Positions 52,781 through 55,946 of a DNA stretch of 55,946 bases are shown piece by piece. The position numbers were made by a program, and so were the translations under genes. The DNA comes from an uncultured virus (IMG/VR IMGVR_UViG_3300048813_000256) (lineage: Duplodnaviria; Heunggongvirae; Uroviricota; Caudoviricetes): the IMG/VR virus record IMGVR_UViG_3300048813_000256; one strand, 5' to 3'. The notes beneath the pieces were generated by a model. The model was not told the origin of the DNA. It saw only the letters and a program-made list of their open reading frames with translations, and made no database searches. Numbering within the stretch: position 1 is the first letter of the stretch; each line of letters starts with the position of its first letter.

Positions 52781-52805
52781 TGAACTCCTTCACTGGCCAC
52801 TGCCG

Positions 52806-52970
52806 TTATCCGGTGATGCACGCAAAAAGCGGCTGCGGCTGCCCCGGCTCGCGCGAGTGACAGAGCAACAATGCCAGCGTGATCTCATCCGCGCTGGCCT
52901 CGCGGTCTGGATCCGTCGAGCGCAGAGTGGGGAGTTCGGCGAGTTGCTGTGCTTCTCCGATTAGCTTCAT
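52806..52970 (-). CDS. hypothetical protein
   Basis: MKLIGEAQQ, ATGA coupling. Confidence 0.5.
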   Translation of the reverse strand: MKLIGEAQQLAELPTLRSTDPDREASADEITLALLLCHSREPGQPQPLFACITG

Positions 52971-53224
52971 CGGAGCCTCGCCAGCCGGAGAAAGCGGCAC
53001 GCGGCCGCCTCGTCGAGGCTGGTCAGCATCGTGATGTCCTGACCGTCTTTCACCAACAGACCATGCTGTGGATCATTCTTCGCAGGGATGCGGTAAGAGC
53101 GCCTATCGGCTTCGACGTCTTCGAGCACGCGATGCATGAGGCGCATGAGATCGCGGCGTTGGAGATCGGTTAGGGCAAACTTGAACGGGCGGCGGACTCT
53201 GGCTCTGGCTCTAGTGGCTGGCAT
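52967..53224 (-). CDS. hypothetical basic protein
   Basis: MPATRARARV..., GAGGGA RBS. Confidence 0.55.
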   Translation of the reverse strand: MPATRARARVRRPFKFALTDLQRRDLMRLMHRVLEDVEADRRSYRIPAKNDPQHGLLVKDGQDITMLTSLDEAAACRFLRLARLR

Positions 53225-53588
53225 CGGGCTTCCCTCGTTTTCCTCGGCAAACTCCGGAGGGCACTTCGCTGCGGAGGGATTCATGTTTTTCCTTGGCGTG
53301 GGCCACGGCCAGCTCGATGCAACTGGTGAGCAGCCGGGGCCGGACGCCCTTGGATTTGAGATCGAAGAAGCGATCGCCACAGGCGGAGCATTCCACCCCG
53401 CACCTGCCATCGGCCTCTTTGACCATGTTGAACGTGATCTTTTCTGGTTTTGAACCGCTTGCGGTTGCGCGGCGAACATTGTGGATGGTCATCGATTCGT
53501 GCAAGCCCGTCTTACAGGCTTCGCCCTCTTTGGCACCGCACTTCTGGCAGGGCACGCTGAGCGCGTCAGGCATGGTTTCAGCTTTCAC
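53211..53588 (-). CDS. zinc-finger-like protein
   Basis: V.CQKCGA..GEAC...H..R and CSAC. Confidence 0.65.
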   Translation of the reverse strand: MKAETMPDALSVPCQKCGAKEGEACKTGLHESMTIHNVRRATASGSKPEKITFNMVKEADGRCGVECSACGDRFFDLKSKGVRPRLLTSCIELAVAHAKEKHESLRSEVPSGVCRGKRGKPDASH

Positions 53589-53800
53589 GATTTCCTCCGG
53601 GAGAGAGCCTTTTCGCGGCGGGCCGATTCGGCGGCGATCTCCATGGTGCGATGCAATACCGCATCCCAGGTGATGAAGTGAGTCTGGCGTTCGCGCTTAG
53701 CACGAAATTCCAAACCCAGAGGACGCATCTCGACCGACCATTGACGACGGTCGAAGGTGAGGGGAAGTTCGCGGCGGATGGGAGTTTTCAGTAGAGTCAT
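53585..53800 (-). CDS. hypothetical basic protein
   Basis: 71 aa, coupled to neighbours. Confidence 0.6.
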   Translation of the reverse strand: MTLLKTPIRRELPLTFDRRQWSVEMRPLGLEFRAKRERQTHFITWDAVLHRTMEIAAESARREKALSRRKS

Positions 53801-54195
53801 CGCGCCTCCGCGTCATATTTGCCGTTCCAGTCGTGGCCGGCGCGCCCGACCCCGAGTTCTTTATAGGCATCGCCTTCGGTGCAGACTCCGCCCATGCCTT
53901 GCAGGCCGCCGAACATCGCGATCTCGCGCATGGTGGCCGACTCGCGCCCATATCTTCGAAAAAGCAGAGCGCCCAGCAGGCGATGCGCTCCGCAGAAATC
54001 GTGGGCGTTGCGGTCTTCCGCATCGTGATCGCAAAGCTGGACAAGCTCCTCCAGGGTCGCGTCCAGACCCCCGCGGCTGAGAACTTTGGCGTCACCGTAG
54101 ACTTTGCCGTCATAGCTCAGGTAAGGGATCGCTTCGCCTGTCTTGGCGTCGCAAAAGTTGTCGGCGTCCAGAAGCCGGTAGATTTCATGCTTCAT
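53797..54195 (-). CDS. hypothetical protein
   Basis: 132 aa, GGAGG RBS, ATGA coupling. Confidence 0.65.
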   Translation of the reverse strand: MKHEIYRLLDADNFCDAKTGEAIPYLSYDGKVYGDAKVLSRGGLDATLEELVQLCDHDAEDRNAHDFCGAHRLLGALLFRRYGRESATMREIAMFGGLQGMGGVCTEGDAYKELGVGRAGHDWNGKYDAEAR

Positions 54196-54638
54196 GCTGC
54201 CTCCGCAAAATCAAACACAGCCTGCTCCACGCCATCGTCCATGACCACGACGGTCTTGGCCAGACAGAGCAAACCGTTGACGGTGTAGTTGCAGGGCTTG
54301 TGCTTCGCCGGGTCAAAGGCGCCCTCAGCTCCGGTAAAGCGGCCGATGCAAAGCTGCGCCGCCGTCGCGGGAGTGGCGCCGCGCTCTTTGTATTGCCGGA
54401 AGTCGCCGATGGCCTGAATGTGCCCGCAACTTGGGCACACAAATTTCCAGTCGGAGGGATTCTTCCCGAAGCGACGTTCGCCCTCGGCCAGCCAATCGGC
54501 GTGCGTGATCTTGTTCCATCCCTCGCCGTCGAAGCGGCAGCGGGAGAAATCGAGCAGGTTGAACGTCTGGCCGCCGCGGAAGCTGGCCTCCTGCGGAATC
54601 ACGCTGACTGTCCGATCTTTTTTTTCAGGTTGCGTCAT
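54192..54638 (-). CDS. VVA0879-family protein
   Basis: W.AEG.RRFG.....WKFVCPSCGH.Q...DF...CIGR...CNY...GL...F.FA. Confidence 0.75.
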   Translation of the reverse strand: MTQPEKKDRTVSVIPQEASFRGGQTFNLLDFSRCRFDGEGWNKITHADWLAEGERRFGKNPSDWKFVCPSCGHIQAIGDFRQYKERGATPATAAQLCIGRFTGAEGAFDPAKHKPCNYTVNGLLCLAKTVVVMDDGVEQAVFDFAEAA

Positions 54639-54823
54639 AGCAAGTTCTTGTCCGGCTCGATGCCGCGTTTTTTCGCTTCCTCCAGGATCCACTCGCAACG
54701 CGCGAGGTTGATGGGCGGTCCGGTCAGCAGGCCGTACTGGTAGCAGCTATCCACAGCCAGACAAAAGTAAGCGGCATCGGCAGCTTCTTGCCACTCGGCC
54801 TGAGTCTCAGGATCGCGGGCCAT
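54635..54823 (-). CDS. hypothetical protein
   Basis: 62 aa, coupled. Confidence 0.6.
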   Translation of the reverse strand: MARDPETQAEWQEAADAAYFCLAVDSCYQYGLLTGPPINLARCEWILEEAKKRGIEPDKNLL

Positions 54824-55024
54824 CGAGATCAGACTCTACGCCAAAGCCAGCGGGTGGCGTCAAGCGATCTGAGCCGATCTAGCAAAAAAGATTTGTGCAA
54901 AAGCCCAGAACGGGAATGAGCCCAAACGTAATCAAGCGGGACGCGCCGGACAGCGCGGCCCGCAAGCCGCAGGAGCCAAACGGCTTTCGCCCGGAGGAAC
55001 CGCGCTCCAGCGGTTTTCAAGATA

Positions 55025-55946
55025 ATGATCACTTACCCTCTCAACATTCCCGGTCCGGGCGGCGCCGGTCCCGGCATCGTCTTTCCGGGCACGGACATTC
55101 TGGTCCCGTCGACGCCCGGGCCGGCCAAAGCAAACCTGAAAAAGTTCGATCCCATCGCCGAGGTCATTGGGCCTTTCGACGGCAGCGCGCAGCAGCAGCA
55201 GTATCAGAACAATTGGTGGGAGCTGGATCTGGAATGGCCAGAGATGACGTGGGCGCAGTTTGCCCCGCTCGACGCCTTCGCCGGCGCGTTGAAAGGCAAG
55301 CTGGGTTCCTTCGTCTGGGGACCGCCGCTGGCGACCGGTCCGCAGGGGATGGGACTTCTCGCCGGCGTTCCAGTGGCGACCGGGGCCGATGCCGCGGGAA
55401 GCAATCAGTTGCACACCAGCGCGTGGCTGCCCACGCAATCGGGCATCCTGCTGCCGGGAGACTTCCTTGGCATCCCGCCGAATGCCCTAGTCATCGCGGA
55501 GCTGCAAAGCACGCTGATCAGCGGTATCTACTACATCGCCATCGCGGGCAACGGCGTCGTTCCTCCGTGGCTCACCTTCGGCGCGAACGTGTGGCTGGCC
55601 GGGACCGGATTGGTTGATGGAGGCCCCTACCAGGTCATCACCAGCCCTATCGTTGTGGGCTCAGTGGGTTGGAACATCACGCTGCAGTCCGCTTCCGCGC
55701 TCGCTCAGGGCACTTCGACGACGGGGACGATGGGCGAGGCGCCGGGCGCCAGCGCCGTGTTTCCGCGGCTGTATCAGTACGTGAATCCGCTTCCGCTTTT
55801 TAGCGACGGAGGCGGCAATGCCACGCTGGATATTTTTCCCAACCTGCGCGAAGCGCCGATCCCGGGCACGCCGCTGGTGCTGATCAATCCCACGGGAACC
55901 TTCCGTCTCGCGGAAAACCGCCGCGAGGCGGCCGCCATGAAAACCA
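55025..55946 (+). CDS. distal tail (Dit)-like protein, partial
   Basis: MITYPL...PF...QQ...W...L..P.M......AF...L.G..GSF..GPP...LLPGD; open to the window end; next + gene after tape measure. Confidence 0.7.
   Translation, partial: MITYPLNIPGPGGAGPGIVFPGTDILVPSTPGPAKANLKKFDPIAEVIGPFDGSAQQQQYQNNWWELDLEWPEMTWAQFAPLDAFAGALKGKLGSFVWGPPLATGPQGMGLLAGVPVATGADAAGSNQLHTSAWLPTQSGILLPGDFLGIPPNALVIAELQSTLISGIYYIAIAGNGVVPPWLTFGANVWLAGTGLVDGGPYQVITSPIVVGSVGWNITLQSASALAQGTSTTGTMGEAPGASAVFPRLYQYVNPLPLFSDGGGNATLDIFPNLREAPIPGTPLVLINPTGTFRLAENRREAAAMKT

Larger units (their letters stand above)
1..55946. mobile_element. Tailed dsDNA phage/prophage segment (HK97-like head, lambda-like non-contractile tail)
   Basis: Ordered HNH-TerS-TerL-portal-protease-capsid-connectors-tail tube-chaperones-tape measure-distal tail genes; no host housekeeping genes seen; no tail sheath recognised. 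Confidence 0.95.

Noticed and set aside
1..55946. tRNA/rRNA genes, integrase, endolysin
   Set aside because: None recognised by eye; tRNAscan-SE and HMM searches would be needed to exclude them

Overview
The whole window reads as part of a high-GC, HK97/lambda-like long-tailed (sipho-type) phage or prophage. 10.0-55.9 kb (+) is the virion operon: HNH, TerS, TerL, portal, a giant ClpP-type head protease, HK97 major capsid, head-tail connectors, two tail-tube paralogs, tail chaperones with a -1 frameshift, tape measure and a partial distal tail gene. It is interrupted by a glycosyltransferase/epimerase cluster, eight signal-peptide-bearing proteins (including a GH-A glycoside hydrolase and a beta-helix protein) and several antisense islands of small genes. 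1-9.6 kb (-) is the most striking part: about 20 small genes, including DUF932, a DUF3560-type N-terminus and a clamp-loader-like AAA ATPase. They are separated by 15 copies (plus one variant) of a ~52-bp imperfect hairpin whose terminal TAG usually serves as the upstream gene's stop codon. The array follows one sigma70-like promoter next to the probable cos end, and looks like a non-canonical, integron-like cassette array of early/anti-host genes. No integrase, lysis cassette or RNA genes were recognised. All family calls come from motif recognition by eye; no searches were run.
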